Assembly (NCBI GenBank): GCA_963767735.1
Contig: CAVYES010000003.1
Coordinates: forward strand, 32,001-96,000
Direction of reading: 5' to 3'
Origin: Candidatus Bathyarchaeota archaeon
GTDB taxonomy: Archaea; Thermoproteota; Bathyarchaeia; Bathyarchaeales; Bathycorpusculaceae
DNA length: 64,000 bases
Shown here: positions 40,101 through 50,147 of the stretch, one piece after another
Numbering within the stretch: position 1 is the first letter of the stretch
Layout of the letters: each line of letters opens with the position of its first letter
Program-made: the position numbers and the translations under genes
Notes under the pieces: generated by a model
Told to the model about the DNA's origin: nothing
Seen by the model: only the letters and a program-made list of their open reading frames with translations
The model's database searches: none

Positions 40101-40877
40101 CTCAGATTCGCGAAGTGCTTCCTCAGCTTTCTTGCGTTCTGTAACGTCTCTTATTATCGTTTGATAACCAACAACTTTACCGTTTAGCCATATGGGGTTG
40201 CTGTTGTACTCCACACTTCTTTTCCCGATTGGTGTCACCATATCGATTTCGTTATGAGTTGGTTTTCCGGCGGCGATTTTCTTTAGCCCCATGAGCATTT
40301 TTTCAGTGTATTCCTCTGGAACCAGCTTGAATACGCTGTTCCCCACAATTTCTTTTTCTTTAAAACCGAATTTAACGATGGCTTTATTTACTGAAAGTAT
40401 TTTTCCAGCCAAATCAAACGTAACAATAACGTCAGGTGCGTTTTCGAAAAGATTCTTGTACTTTTCTTCTGAAAGTCTAATTCTCTCTTCACTTTTCTTT
40501 TTTTGCTCTGAGATGTCGTGTAAGACAACCAAATCAACGTTTTTGTTTGCATACCAGATTTTTTTCCCTTTTACCTCAAAAAACTTGATTTCGCCGTTTT
40601 TGGCAGTTGCTTCAATCTCGTAGCATGCTGCATCAAGACCATTCATTCTTTTCTCAAAGTTTTCTAAAAGAATGCCTTTGTTTTCTTGGTCAAGGAACCC
40701 TAAATTCATCGCGTTTTTTCCAACAAGTTCTTGTTCATCATAGCCTAGGACTTGACTCATGGCTTGGTTGACTGCCAAGCATATACCTTCTTCATCCACA
40801 ACCCACACGGGATCGGCGATTAGATTCGACAGAACACCGAAATTTTCAAGTTTTCTGTTCTTGTTTTTCTCCAGCAT
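37086..40877 (-). CDS. Multi-PAS sensor histidine kinase
   Basis: Repeated PAS/PAC units ending D(I/V)TERK; H-box GHDLRNPL; NAIDAM, DTGIG and GMGFGL. Confidence 0.95.
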   Translation of the reverse strand: MLEKNKNRKLENFGVLSNLIADPVWVVDEEGICLAVNQAMSQVLGYDEQELVGKNAMNLGFLDQENKGILLENFEKRMNGLDAACYEIEATAKNGEIKFFEVKGKKIWYANKNVDLVVLHDISEQKKKSEERIRLSEEKYKNLFENAPDVIVTFDLAGKILSVNKAIVKFGFKEKEIVGNSVFKLVPEEYTEKMLMGLKKIAAGKPTHNEIDMVTPIGKRSVEYNSNPIWLNGKVVGYQTIIRDVTERKKAEEALRESEKKLLAASLYARSLIEASVDPIVTISVDGKITDVNKSTEVATGLPRDKLIGSDFSDYFADPEEARSGYQKVFTEGLVKDYPLAIRHKSGKIIDVLYNATVYRNEMGGVQGVFAAARDITKRKQAEQKLQEAEKRYRALFNQAPLGVLVIDPQAKKPVEFNEVAHTQLGYSREEFSKLCIPDFEAKETFDEISKHVATMVKEGGGEFETKHSTKNGEIRDVLVNTRTVELAGKKFLYCVFHDITESRKVQKALMESEAGYRQLVELAQEGIWAVDNDFNTVFVNPHMAQMLGYTESEMIGKSIFDFLIKTDLEKTAKYLLQFKQGMKGNFEHEFMCKDGSLVNTSIALAQIKDDEGSCLGTLALVSDITLRKKMESELRQETEKLETITESIGVGLTITSKDYRILWTNKVMKQLRGIPDLEGRRCYATYNYLDTVCPECGVKKVFEGKESDSREFMVFDREKGVTVWTQLIATPIKDKDGNITAALELVIPITERKQQEREIENLAKFPSENPNPIFRIDEKGTILYCNQAGDSLLTAWKSMVGERAPEHIIRDAINALALDRRVEVEETFGAKSCEAKIFSLLFAPVTAAGYVNIYATDITERKRTENFLRSSEEKFRNLAEQSPNIIFINQKGKVVYANTEAEKATGYTKEEFYSPKFNFMNLIAPESKESVKSIFIKHLKGEEVPPYEYRLISKKGKTKDVINSTKVIDYNGEPAILGIETDITESKKLKEKLEQYSTHLERLVKERTEQLEHAQAQLVKSERLAAIGELAGMVGHDLRNPLTGIKNAAYYLKKKGATCPEGQAKEMLEIIDKAIAHSNKIINDLLDYSRQMQLELTETETSALLNEAIQMIQVPDRIQIVNHVLEETWVRVDADKMMRVFINLIKNAIDAMPEKGTLEIRSCQIGENVEIAFADTGIGIPDEVLPKIFAPLVTTKAQGMGFGLAICKRIVDSHGGKIAVKTEVNKGTTFTIILPIKSKSEVGGEQTWINMPESLLSTTTKA

Positions 40878-41256
40878 CTACCAAAACCTCTATTTTTCCG
40901 ATTTTTTCTGTTTCTGTATCTTTATAGCAAAGCTTCATCCGCTCAACAGATTTTGTGAAAGTCACGCCTTGGGCAAGCCAACTTGGGCCGTCCAATTTGC
41001 ATGCGTTCCCGACTTTTGCTTGCAGATTTTTCACGAACAGATTTTCAAGGTGCCGCGCTCCCAAACCGAAAATCCGCTGTAGCGCGTTCGAGAAACCATC
41101 CAGTTTACTTGGTATTTCCTGTTTTCTAATGTTGAAGATGCCTTCGAGGTGAATATAAATTGAAGCCTTACCCGCTTCGCCGAGACCTGATAATCCTTCG
41201 TCAATAGCTTCCAGTAGAAGTTCATCAAAATTCTTAGGCTGACTCAGTTTTGCCAA
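40846..41256 (-). CDS. NitrOD5/DUF3227-like small signalling-associated protein
   Basis: EAIDEGLSGLGE..IYIHLE..FSNALQRIFGLGA pattern; coupled to the kinase. Confidence 0.65.
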   Translation of the reverse strand: MAKLSQPKNFDELLLEAIDEGLSGLGEAGKASIYIHLEGIFNIRKQEIPSKLDGFSNALQRIFGLGARHLENLFVKNLQAKVGNACKLDGPSWLAQGVTFTKSVERMKLCYKDTETEKIGKIEVLVDAGEKQEQKT

Positions 41257-41574
41257 CTGACTTTATTCCTCTCTTTACTTCAACTCGGCGTTTATTTTTG
41301 AAAACGTGGTTTAACTAAGCCAAAAACATAATAAAGCGTTATGAACTGGCAATATGAATCAGAAATAAGGTTCGGCCAAATAACTCGTGAAGCGGATATT
41401 TTGATTAGGAGAGTAGATTTGGCATTTGCCTCGGAACCGTTTACTTCTCAATTGCTTAGTTCTGCACCAGAATAGAAACCATAAAGTTTGAGAAATTTCC
41501 CTTGATATTTATTGGAGTTTTTTACTGCTCTGAAACTTGAATATCCTTAAATGGTTGACTTGTGAAATTTAGTT

Positions 41575-44500
41575 ATGGCAAGCGACGTTTTGGCAAGCGG
41601 ATGGGCAAAGGTTCTAGGCGGCGACCGCAAACAGTTTGACATGTTTTTTGATAAGATGCTGGACGGCTTTGCTTATCACAAAATTGTTGTTGACAAGGCG
41701 GGTAAGCCCGTTGACTACGTTTTTCTTGAGGTTAACCGTGCCTTTGAAAGAATGACAGGGCTCAAGAGAGAACGCATTATTGGCAAGAGAGTTACGGAGG
41801 CTATCTCCGGTAATGAGGAGGATGTTGCCGATTGGATAGGTGTTTATGGACGGGTTGCTTTAACGGGTGAGCCGGTTCACTTTGAAACTTATTCAGAGCC
41901 TGTGGATAAATGGTTGAGGATAGAGGCTTATTGTCCAGAGAAGGGTCATTTCGTCGCTTTATACGAGGATATTACCGAACGCAAGAAAGCTGAAGCGCAA
42001 ATTCTAGAGCAGTTGCACATGCTTGATTTGGCTCATGTTATAGTCAAAAACATGAATGATGAAATTATTTTCTGGAATTCAGGCACCGAGAGATTGTACG
42101 GTTTCTCAAAGGAAGAGGCATTAGGAAAAATACCGCGCGACTTGCTTAAGACGAAGTTTCCCATACCAATTGAGCAAATCATAGAGGCGCTCTTGCATAC
42201 AGGAAAATGGGAAGGCGAACTAGTTCATCAAAAAGCCGACGGAAGCAAAATTTTCGTTGCGAGCCACTGGGTACTGCACAGAGACAATAACGGCAAGCCG
42301 GTAGCCATTATTGAAGTCAACAACGACATCACTGAACGCATAGCGGCAGAAAACGCTCTTAAGGCAAGTGAGCAGCGCTGGGCAACAACCTTGGCAAGCA
42401 TCGGCGACGCGGTTATCGCCACCGATGTATCGGGAAAAGTCACATTCATGAACAGCGAGGCGGAGGAACTAACTGGTTGGACACTGAGTGAAGCTTCGCA
42501 AAAACCAGTGAAATACGTGTTCAACATAGTCAATGAGCAGACCCGTTTGGAGGTTGAAAACCCAATAGAGAAGGTTCTCAAAGAGGGCATGGTTGTTGGC
42601 TTGGCTAACCATACTGTCCTTATTCAGAAAGACGGCTCAGAAGTTCCAGTAGACGACAGCGGAGCACCCATAAAAGATAAAGACGGCAAAACCACAGGCG
42701 TCGTCCTTGTGTTCCGCGACATCGCCGAACGCAAGCAGCAAGAGCGCGAAATTGAAAACCTAGCCAAGTTTCCCTCTGAGAATCCTAATCCGATATTTCG
42801 CATAGACGAAAAAGGCACAATTCTTTATTGCAACCAAGCCGGAGACTCTTTTTTGGCTGCGTGGAATAGCAAGGTTGGCGAATGTGCGCCTGAACACATA
42901 AGCCAGGTTGTCAACGATGCCTTGACTTTCGATAAGAGGGTTGAGGTTGAAGAATTATTTGGAGCTAAGACCTTTTTGTTCTCCTTTGCCCCTGTCACCC
43001 TGGAATGCTACGTGAATATTTATGCAATTGACATCACCGAACGCAAAAAAGCCGATGAGGCATTAAGGAAAAGCGAGGAAGAATACCGTTCTCTTTTCGT
43101 TAACATGATTGATGGTTTCGCTTACTGCAAAATGATATTTGATGAAAATAACAAGCCTGTTGACTTTGTTTATCTTCAAATTAATGATTCCTTCGAAAGA
43201 ATAACTGGGCTGAAAAGGGAAAACGTGGTAGGCAGAAAAGTTACGGAAGCTATACCTGGAACTAAAGAAGCTAATCCGGAACTGTTTGAAATCTACGGAA
43301 GAGTCGCCCTTACCTGTAAGAAAGAAAAGTTTGAAATATTTTTCAAGCCCCTAAGCATGTGGCTTTCGGTTTCTGTGTATTGCCCAATGAAAGGGTATTT
43401 CGCAGCTATATTTGAGGACATCACTGAGCGCAAGCAAAGTGAAGAAGCGTTACGTAAACTTAACCGTCACCTGAAAGCCGTGAGCAACAGCAACCAAGCT
43501 CTGATGCGTGCAGCTGACGAGTCAAAATTCACGCAGGAAGTCTGCAATATAATCATCAACAATTGCGGCTACGCGCTGGTTTGGGTTGGCTTCGCGGAAC
43601 ACGACCAAGATAAAACTGTGCGCCCAGTGGCTTTTGCTGGTTTCGACAAAGGCTACATTGATGCCCTGAACGTCTCTTGGAACGTGAACTCGAAAAGCGG
43701 TCGTGGACCCACGGGCACGGTAATCCGTACGGGAAAACCTTACATTTGTAAGAACATGCAAATCGACCCTAACTTTGAGCCTTGGCGACCGGAAGCTCTC
43801 AAAAGAGGCTACACCGCTTCCCTTGTTCTTCCCTTAACTTCAGTTGAAGGCGGCACGTTCGGCGCATTAAACATATACAGTAAAGAATCAAACCCATTCA
43901 CAGATGAAGAAGTGAAGCTTCTAACGGAACTTGCAAATGACTTCTCATATGGCATCGAAATGTTGAGGCTACGCAAGAGAAGAGAGCAGGATGATGCAAC
44001 ATTGCGAAAGCAAGCTTCACTTATCGACCTTAGTCCAGACGCCATAATTGTAAGGACGTTTGACGGAACGATTACTTTCTGGAGTAAAGGCGCAGAGAAA
44101 CTGTACGGTTGGACAAAAGAGGAAGCAATCGGAAAAGATATCAACCGCCTATTAATGACCGAATACCCGCATCCAATCGATGAGATTCTTAAAAAGCTAA
44201 GGCTGGAAGGAAAATGGTCAGGCGAAATCGTCCACACATGCGAAAGCGGAACTAAGTTGGTTGTACAAAGTTATTGGTTGCCGAAATTTGGCTCAGACGG
44301 TAAAATAGTGGAAATGTTAGAGTCGAATGTGGATGTTACCGAACGGACACAGCTGCAGATTAAGCTTGAAGAGTCAGCTGTCTTGGTTGAAGAATACGCC
44401 AATCAAATGGAGCAGCTTGCTAATCAAAGAGCAGAACAGTTGAAAAGTGCAGAGCGTTTAGCTGCCATAGGAGCCACTGCTGGTATGGTTGGGCATGATA

Positions 44501-45129
44501 TTCGTAATCCACTGCAGGCTATAACTGGCGATGTCTACTTGGCTAAAACCGACTTAGCTTCGATTCCTGAAAGCGATGAGAAAAACAGTGCATTAGAATG
44601 TCTTCAAGAGATTGAAAAGAACGTTGATTACATCAACAAGATTGTGTCTGACCTTCAGGACTACACTAGAACTCTTAAGCCGGTAGTTCGGGAAACTGAC
44701 CTTCAAGAGCTGATGGATGAACTTCTTGCGAAAAACGGGATTCCAGAAAACATCCAAGTCCAAGTCAAGGTGCAGAAAGAAGCTGGCGTAATAATGGCTG
44801 ATCCAGACATTTTGAAGCGTATTTTTGGCAACTTGGTAATTAACGCGGTTCAGGCTATGCCAAAAGGCGGAAAACTAACCATAGACGCCTACAAGGAAGC
44901 AAAAGACTCAATCATAACAGTTGAGGACACGGGTGTGGGTATTCCTGAGGAAGCAAAAGACAAGCTGTTCACGCCCCTGTTTACCACGAAGTCTAAGGGG
45001 CAAGGATTCGGATTAGCTGTGGTTAAACGTATGACTGAAGCGTTAGGCGGCACCGTAAGCTTTGAAAGCGAACAGGGCAAAGGCACTACATTCATAATAC
45101 GTTTAACCCCGCAAAATGTTAAACGCTAA
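41575..45129 (+). CDS. PAS/GAF sensor histidine kinase
   Basis: Multiple PAS domains, a GAF domain (GRGPTG...GALNIYS), GHDIRNPL, NAVQAM and GQGFGL. Confidence 0.95.
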   Translation: MASDVLASGWAKVLGGDRKQFDMFFDKMLDGFAYHKIVVDKAGKPVDYVFLEVNRAFERMTGLKRERIIGKRVTEAISGNEEDVADWIGVYGRVALTGEPVHFETYSEPVDKWLRIEAYCPEKGHFVALYEDITERKKAEAQILEQLHMLDLAHVIVKNMNDEIIFWNSGTERLYGFSKEEALGKIPRDLLKTKFPIPIEQIIEALLHTGKWEGELVHQKADGSKIFVASHWVLHRDNNGKPVAIIEVNNDITERIAAENALKASEQRWATTLASIGDAVIATDVSGKVTFMNSEAEELTGWTLSEASQKPVKYVFNIVNEQTRLEVENPIEKVLKEGMVVGLANHTVLIQKDGSEVPVDDSGAPIKDKDGKTTGVVLVFRDIAERKQQEREIENLAKFPSENPNPIFRIDEKGTILYCNQAGDSFLAAWNSKVGECAPEHISQVVNDALTFDKRVEVEELFGAKTFLFSFAPVTLECYVNIYAIDITERKKADEALRKSEEEYRSLFVNMIDGFAYCKMIFDENNKPVDFVYLQINDSFERITGLKRENVVGRKVTEAIPGTKEANPELFEIYGRVALTCKKEKFEIFFKPLSMWLSVSVYCPMKGYFAAIFEDITERKQSEEALRKLNRHLKAVSNSNQALMRAADESKFTQEVCNIIINNCGYALVWVGFAEHDQDKTVRPVAFAGFDKGYIDALNVSWNVNSKSGRGPTGTVIRTGKPYICKNMQIDPNFEPWRPEALKRGYTASLVLPLTSVEGGTFGALNIYSKESNPFTDEEVKLLTELANDFSYGIEMLRLRKRREQDDATLRKQASLIDLSPDAIIVRTFDGTITFWSKGAEKLYGWTKEEAIGKDINRLLMTEYPHPIDEILKKLRLEGKWSGEIVHTCESGTKLVVQSYWLPKFGSDGKIVEMLESNVDVTERTQLQIKLEESAVLVEEYANQMEQLANQRAEQLKSAERLAAIGATAGMVGHDIRNPLQAITGDVYLAKTDLASIPESDEKNSALECLQEIEKNVDYINKIVSDLQDYTRTLKPVVRETDLQELMDELLAKNGIPENIQVQVKVQKEAGVIMADPDILKRIFGNLVINAVQAMPKGGKLTIDAYKEAKDSIITVEDTGVGIPEEAKDKLFTPLFTTKSKGQGFGLAVVKRMTEALGGTVSFESEQGKGTTFIIRLTPQNVKR
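42725..43046 (+). repeat. PAS-module DNA shared in inverted orientation with 38290-38626
   Basis: First ~125 nt differ at only two positions by eye (ERKQQEREIENLAKFPSENPNPIFRIDEKGTILYCNQAGDS). Confidence 0.9.
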
Positions 45130-45366
45130 TCCAGTTTAGACGACATGCTTTTCCCTATCTGTTAGTGATTAAACTATCAACATCCGCAAAATTCTGATTC
45201 AATAATATTTCTGCTTGAATATAGAAATCTTAATACCCCATCAAACCGCAGAAGCGGGGGCGGAGGGGATCGGGGTAGGGTATCAATTTTGTTGATGAAT
45301 TTCACTAGCTAAATTGAAGTCATATAGGGGCGAGAAAATTATTCCCATTCTTCAAATAGAGGGGCA

Positions 45367-46025
45367 AAAGGGTGGTTAAGCGGATTTAGCCGAGTGCTAA
45401 CATCATAAGGCTTAAAAACCTAAGGGGGAAACCTTACCGCTTTATAAGCAGCCAGACCCGCCCAACGACTGGGCTCTTAGCTGATTCTTCTTCTTTCTTG
45501 TTATCTCGCTGAGCTTATTGAGAATATAAAATAATGTTGTGACAACTTGAAGCAACAATCGCTAAATCACTTAAAGGATTTTAGGGCATGGCTGATATTC
45601 AAAGGATACTTTTATGTTTCTAAGCCTTAGTTCGTGGATTCATACCTAATCATTTCCCGCATACTTTCTCTTTCTTCTTTTTTTGTCGTTAATTTTCTTC
45701 TGGGTTTGTTATGGAGACGAGGGATTGGTTGAACCAAGCGAAAGAGGCGAAATCTTCCGCACTCTCTTGCATCTTTTTCTTTTACCAGATGAATCAACAG
45801 GTCCGAAAGGAATCGCGCCTACGGAGGAACTTTTATACCGTCGTCCCTTTTTTTTCCAACAAAGTTATCCAATAAAATCCTAAGGGGATAACGAGAAAGA
45901 AGATGCAACATTTATCGTTCTGCGTTTAGACCGGTATAGCTGTTAGTAAAAAAGGTGATGCATTCTGTGCTATTTTTCCTTAATCTAAAAGTTAGCATAT
46001 AGCTAAATCCGCTTAACTACACTTT
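45367..46025. repeat. Imperfect 35-bp inverted repeat pair (45367-45401 and 45991-46025)
   Basis: Exact 16-bp core gttaagcggatttagc / gctaaatccgcttaac. Confidence 0.75.
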
Positions 46026-46347
46026 ACTCTGTCAGACTCTGAGGGTTTGTTTCAATTAACTTTTCCAATCTGTTTGAAAATCAGTAAACTTAATTATGAA
46101 TCTCCGTGGTAGAATAGGTGAAAATACTACTTAAAACCGATTTCTTCATTGACGTCTTATCACGCGTTCCTATCAGAGGGCTTTTATTTAGTTTTGATCA
46201 CTTTTCCGTTATTTCACTGCATGAATTAGTTTATGTTTTCTGATAATAACTAATTTATCTAAATCAGCTAAGAGGTTGTTTTTTACCTTAAACGCCCATG
46301 TAACAGCAAACTTGATATGGTGAAAAAACAGTCTTTGGGGGGATGAA

Positions 46348-47388
46348 ATGAGCGCAACAGTTGAAGTTGACCAAACTGACCTTAATATTCTGAAACTGCT
46401 AATGAGAGATGCTCGCATGAGACTCAAAGACATCGCTAAAGACTGCGGCATATCCTCCAATTCAGTGCTAAACCGATTTAAACGTCTAAAAACGTTCGGT
46501 GTGATAACTGGAGCAACAATTTGGCCTCGCCCCGATTCGCTTGACCTTCCAATAACAGCGACCATCGGAATAGATTTGGATTCAAATGAGGATGAAGTTA
46601 TCAAGTTAATTAGTGAACGAATGAAGTTGATTGAGCCTTCAGCAGCTTTGGGGAAATACGATTTACTCGCCCTTGTGATGGCGGGAAGCGTTACCGAATT
46701 AGATATGATAGCGTACGAGGTGAGGAAATGCGCTGGTGTAATAAAAGTAGCCGTTAACGTCTGGTCTGATAAACCACATATGAATTTTGAAAACGTAAAC
46801 TTGCAACCTAAAGAAACAGAAACCGGTATAGTTTGGGAAAGTAAATCAAACTTGAATTTTAAAAACGTAAACCCGCAACCTGAAAAATCTGCTGGAATGG
46901 ATAAACTTGATTATCTTATAATGGGCGAACTGCTGAGAGATTCTCAATTGTCTTTTGTGACAATCGCAAAAAAGATGGATACCTCGCCGTACACTATTAG
47001 AAAGCGATACGAAAAAATGAAGAAAGAAGGACTAATCAACAGAAGCTCTGTGTTAATTGATCTTGAAAAGCTAGGATATCAGGGCAAAGTCTTCTTGATG
47101 ATAACTATCGCTCCGCAACGAGACAAATCGAAGACAATATCAGCCATCAAAAAAATAAACAACATCTTTCTGGTCACTGAAATAATGGGATCTTTCGACA
47201 TACTCGCCCTCGCCCCAGTAACAGACATCAACAGCATCAGAACCTTAGTTAAAGAAACCAAAAAGTTGCCTGACGTACAAAAAGTGGAAATAACATGCAT
47301 CAACAATAATGACTTTCCTTTTAACTCAAGTTGGCGCAAATTATTCAGCCGAAAAAGTCATGAGTTGGCAACCGTGTCAACAAAATAG
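46348..47388 (+). CDS. Tandem (double) Lrp/AsnC regulator
   Basis: DQTDLNILKLLMRDARMRLKDIA and DKLDYLIMGELLRDSQLSFVTIA. Confidence 0.9.
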   Translation: MSATVEVDQTDLNILKLLMRDARMRLKDIAKDCGISSNSVLNRFKRLKTFGVITGATIWPRPDSLDLPITATIGIDLDSNEDEVIKLISERMKLIEPSAALGKYDLLALVMAGSVTELDMIAYEVRKCAGVIKVAVNVWSDKPHMNFENVNLQPKETETGIVWESKSNLNFKNVNPQPEKSAGMDKLDYLIMGELLRDSQLSFVTIAKKMDTSPYTIRKRYEKMKKEGLINRSSVLIDLEKLGYQGKVFLMITIAPQRDKSKTISAIKKINNIFLVTEIMGSFDILALAPVTDINSIRTLVKETKKLPDVQKVEITCINNNDFPFNSSWRKLFSRKSHELATVSTK

Positions 47389-47694
47389 AAATAGCCATAG
47401 GTAAAAAAGCCTGTTACTGCCAATCATTAATCTTACTGGAGGCTACTCAGCCCATATTCTGTTCTCATTGACTTTTACAGAATAAAAAAGGGGCAGAGTG
47501 AAACAGCTATCATCACTTTTAATAGAAAAATAGATGACCAGTCAAGGCTTGCAAATACATTTCTACCGGAAGCCTGAGATTTGGAGCGGTTTAAATGAAA
47601 AAAGTAATAGGTTTCCGTTTAAACCTATATGTTTGTGTTTCAAAACATAATAGTATTGTGAAAAGAAAAAAAATCAATTCGCTGAGGAACCAAA

Positions 47695-48876
47695 TTGCCA
47701 TCGCATCAAAGTGTGTTCAAAGATGAGGCTAAGCTTGACATAAACTATGTTCCGCTGAAGCTGCCTCATAGGGAAAAAGAACACCGTTTGCTGATGGAAT
47801 TCTTCAACTTCATCCTACGCTGCCCCGAAAGGATGTCTCAGCGAGTAATTATAACAGGCGAGGTGGGCACTGGAAAAACGGCCCTTGCCCAGCACTTTGG
47901 CGCCAGCATGACCTCGGAAACCAACAAACGAGCAATAAAATTCCGCTATGCACACGTTAACTGCAGAGAATACCGAGGCAACCTCCTCCCCGTTATCCAT
48001 CACGCCATCACAGTTTTCCGCCCTACTTATCCATCACGCGGCTACTCAGCAGAAAATATTCTCACTACGCTAATGCAGGTTTTAGATGAAGAAAACGTCA
48101 CGATGATACTGGCACTTGACGAGTTTGACACTCTTATTGAAAACGAAGGCTCAGACGCCATCTATAAGCTGACCCGTTTGCAGGAGATGCGGCAGGGCAA
48201 GCCTCAGAGGCTGTCGTTTATTTTCATTATGCGTGATTTAAAATCTTTAGAGAAGTTAGATGCCAGCGCAAGAAGCACCCTTCAACGTAGCATCATCGGG
48301 TTGGAGCGTTACGGCAAAGCACAGCTCATAGACATCTTAAATGACCGTGTTTCAATGGCTTTTGAGTTGGGCGCTGTTGAGGAAGACGTTGTTGACCTCA
48401 TTTCTGAGTTGGCTTTCAACGAAACAGGGAACGCCCGTTTCGGAATCGAATTGTTGTGGCGAGCAGGGAAATACGCAGACGCCCAAGATGCAGGCAGAGT
48501 TGAGCCTGAATGCGTCCGAATGGCAGTTTCCAGTATTGTTCCCAGCATACGCCGAAGTGAGCTGTCTGGGCTAGGTTTACACCAAAAATTGTTCTTACTC
48601 GCGGCAGCACGCTATTTTAGGGGCAATGAGCAGGCTTACGCTTCGCTGCCTGAGCTTGAAAAAACCTACGCAGTCGTTTGCGAAGAGTTCAATGTGAAGC
48701 CAAATAATCATACGCAACTGTGGAATTACACCCAGTTTCTCTCATCAATGGGCGCTTTAACAGTTGAAGTATCCACAACCCGCGGAAGGTCAACACAGGT
48801 TTCATTATCCATTCCAGCAAGTGAGTTAGAGAAAGAATTAAGCGCAAGCTTAGAAGTAGAAAAAGGGAAAACGTGA
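47695..48876 (+). CDS. cdc6: Orc1/Cdc6 replication initiator
   Basis: YVPLKLPHREKE, GEVGTGKT, VNC, LDEFD, GNAR and C-terminal wHTH. Confidence 0.95.
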   Translation: MPSHQSVFKDEAKLDINYVPLKLPHREKEHRLLMEFFNFILRCPERMSQRVIITGEVGTGKTALAQHFGASMTSETNKRAIKFRYAHVNCREYRGNLLPVIHHAITVFRPTYPSRGYSAENILTTLMQVLDEENVTMILALDEFDTLIENEGSDAIYKLTRLQEMRQGKPQRLSFIFIMRDLKSLEKLDASARSTLQRSIIGLERYGKAQLIDILNDRVSMAFELGAVEEDVVDLISELAFNETGNARFGIELLWRAGKYADAQDAGRVEPECVRMAVSSIVPSIRRSELSGLGLHQKLFLLAAARYFRGNEQAYASLPELEKTYAVVCEEFNVKPNNHTQLWNYTQFLSSMGALTVEVSTTRGRSTQVSLSIPASELEKELSASLEVEKGKT

Positions 48877-49157
48877 ACGATATGGAGCTAGAAGAAGTTT
48901 TTTCGTCAAAGCTTAGAATCAAAATTTTAAAGCTCATCTACCAATTAGGCTCCCTCAACGTTTCAGACGTCGCTCGCCGACTCAACAGCAACTTCACCGC
49001 GACATCTGAGAACCTAAAAATTTTAGAAGCTGAAGGAATTTTGCACGAACATGTTTACGGCAGGGTTCGAATGTACAGGTTCAATGAGGGTTCAGCAAAA
49101 GCTAAAGCTGTGCAAAACCTAATAGACGTCTGGGAACAAAATAAACAAGGCGAATAA
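48873..49157 (+). CDS. ArsR-like winged-helix protein
   Basis: FSSKLRIKILKLI..LNVSDVARRL..LEAEGIL; GTGA overlap with cdc6. Confidence 0.85.
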   Translation: MNDMELEEVFSSKLRIKILKLIYQLGSLNVSDVARRLNSNFTATSENLKILEAEGILHEHVYGRVRMYRFNEGSAKAKAVQNLIDVWEQNKQGE

Positions 49158-49160
49158 ACT

Positions 49161-49604
49161 GTGACGATGGTTGATGTTTCAGGCAAAGATGAAATTTTCC
49201 GTGAAGCAACTGCATCGGGAACTATAAAGTTGAAGGCGGAAACAATCAATTTAATTAAGAATGGAAAAATCGCGAAGGGAGAACCGCTATACACGGCAAA
49301 AATCGCTGGGGTGCTTGCGGCTAAGAAAACAAGTGGCCTGATTCCTCTGTGTCACCCGTTGCCGTTAACGAACGTGCAAGTTGATGTTAAAGTGCTAAAT
49401 GAGGGCACGGTTGAGGTTTTAGCCACCGTTAAAACAAAAGCGCAGACGGGAGTGGAAATGGAAGCGCTCACCGCGGTTTCGATAGCGTTGCTGACTGTTT
49501 GGGACATGACCAAGCAGTATGAAAAAGACGTTGCAGGCCAATATCCATCCACGGCAATAGAGAATATTCATGTTGTGCAGAAGTTTAAGAAGGCGGTAGG
49601 TTAA
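49161..49604 (+). CDS. moaC: Cyclic pyranopterin monophosphate synthase
   Basis: MVDVSGK, LIPLCHP, TGVEMEAL and WDMTK. Confidence 0.97.
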   Translation: MTMVDVSGKDEIFREATASGTIKLKAETINLIKNGKIAKGEPLYTAKIAGVLAAKKTSGLIPLCHPLPLTNVQVDVKVLNEGTVEVLATVKTKAQTGVEMEALTAVSIALLTVWDMTKQYEKDVAGQYPSTAIENIHVVQKFKKAVG

Positions 49605-49605
49605 C

Positions 49606-50139
49606 ATGAGTGAAAGCTCCAAGACGCATAAGGCTAAAGCAGTTAAAACGTTGAATTTCGGCGTTTACATCTGCAGCACTTCACGATACCAGCACATTAA
49701 GCAGGGCGAAGCCGTCGTTAGTGATGTCGGCGGAGATTCAATGGTTGAGTTGCTTACAAAAGCTGGACAAAACGTCCTGTTCAAAAAAATAATTGCAGAC
49801 GATAAGGTAATGATTTCTGATGCAGTTCAGCAAGCCCTAAACGTGCCTGATTTGCACGTCGTCATCTTTTCTGGAGGCACAGGAATAACGGCGACTGATG
49901 TCACGATTGAAACGGTTTCGCCGTTCTTTGAGAAAACCCTGCCTGGCTTTGGCGAGTTTTTCAGGCGCATAAGCTTTGATCATGTTGGCTCTGCTGCGGT
50001 GTTGTCCCGTGCTGTAGCCGGTGTCGCTAAGGGCAAAGCATTGTTTTGCATCCCAGGTTCCCCTGACGCCGTGCATGTTGCTGTAGAAATGCTTATTTTG
50101 CCCGAATCTCCACACATCGTTAAGCACGCACGGGAATAA
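49606..50139 (+). CDS. moaB: Molybdopterin adenylyltransferase MoaB/MogA
   Basis: GGTGITATDVTIE, LPGFGE, SRAVAG and PGSP. Confidence 0.92.
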   Translation: MSESSKTHKAKAVKTLNFGVYICSTSRYQHIKQGEAVVSDVGGDSMVELLTKAGQNVLFKKIIADDKVMISDAVQQALNVPDLHVVIFSGGTGITATDVTIETVSPFFEKTLPGFGEFFRRISFDHVGSAAVLSRAVAGVAKGKALFCIPGSPDAVHVAVEMLILPESPHIVKHARE

Positions 50140-50147
50140 CGAAACAA

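Noticed and set aside
45683-45883. 66-aa ORF inside the inverted-repeat segment
   Set aside because: No RBS or motif, and the opposite strand shows only broken frames
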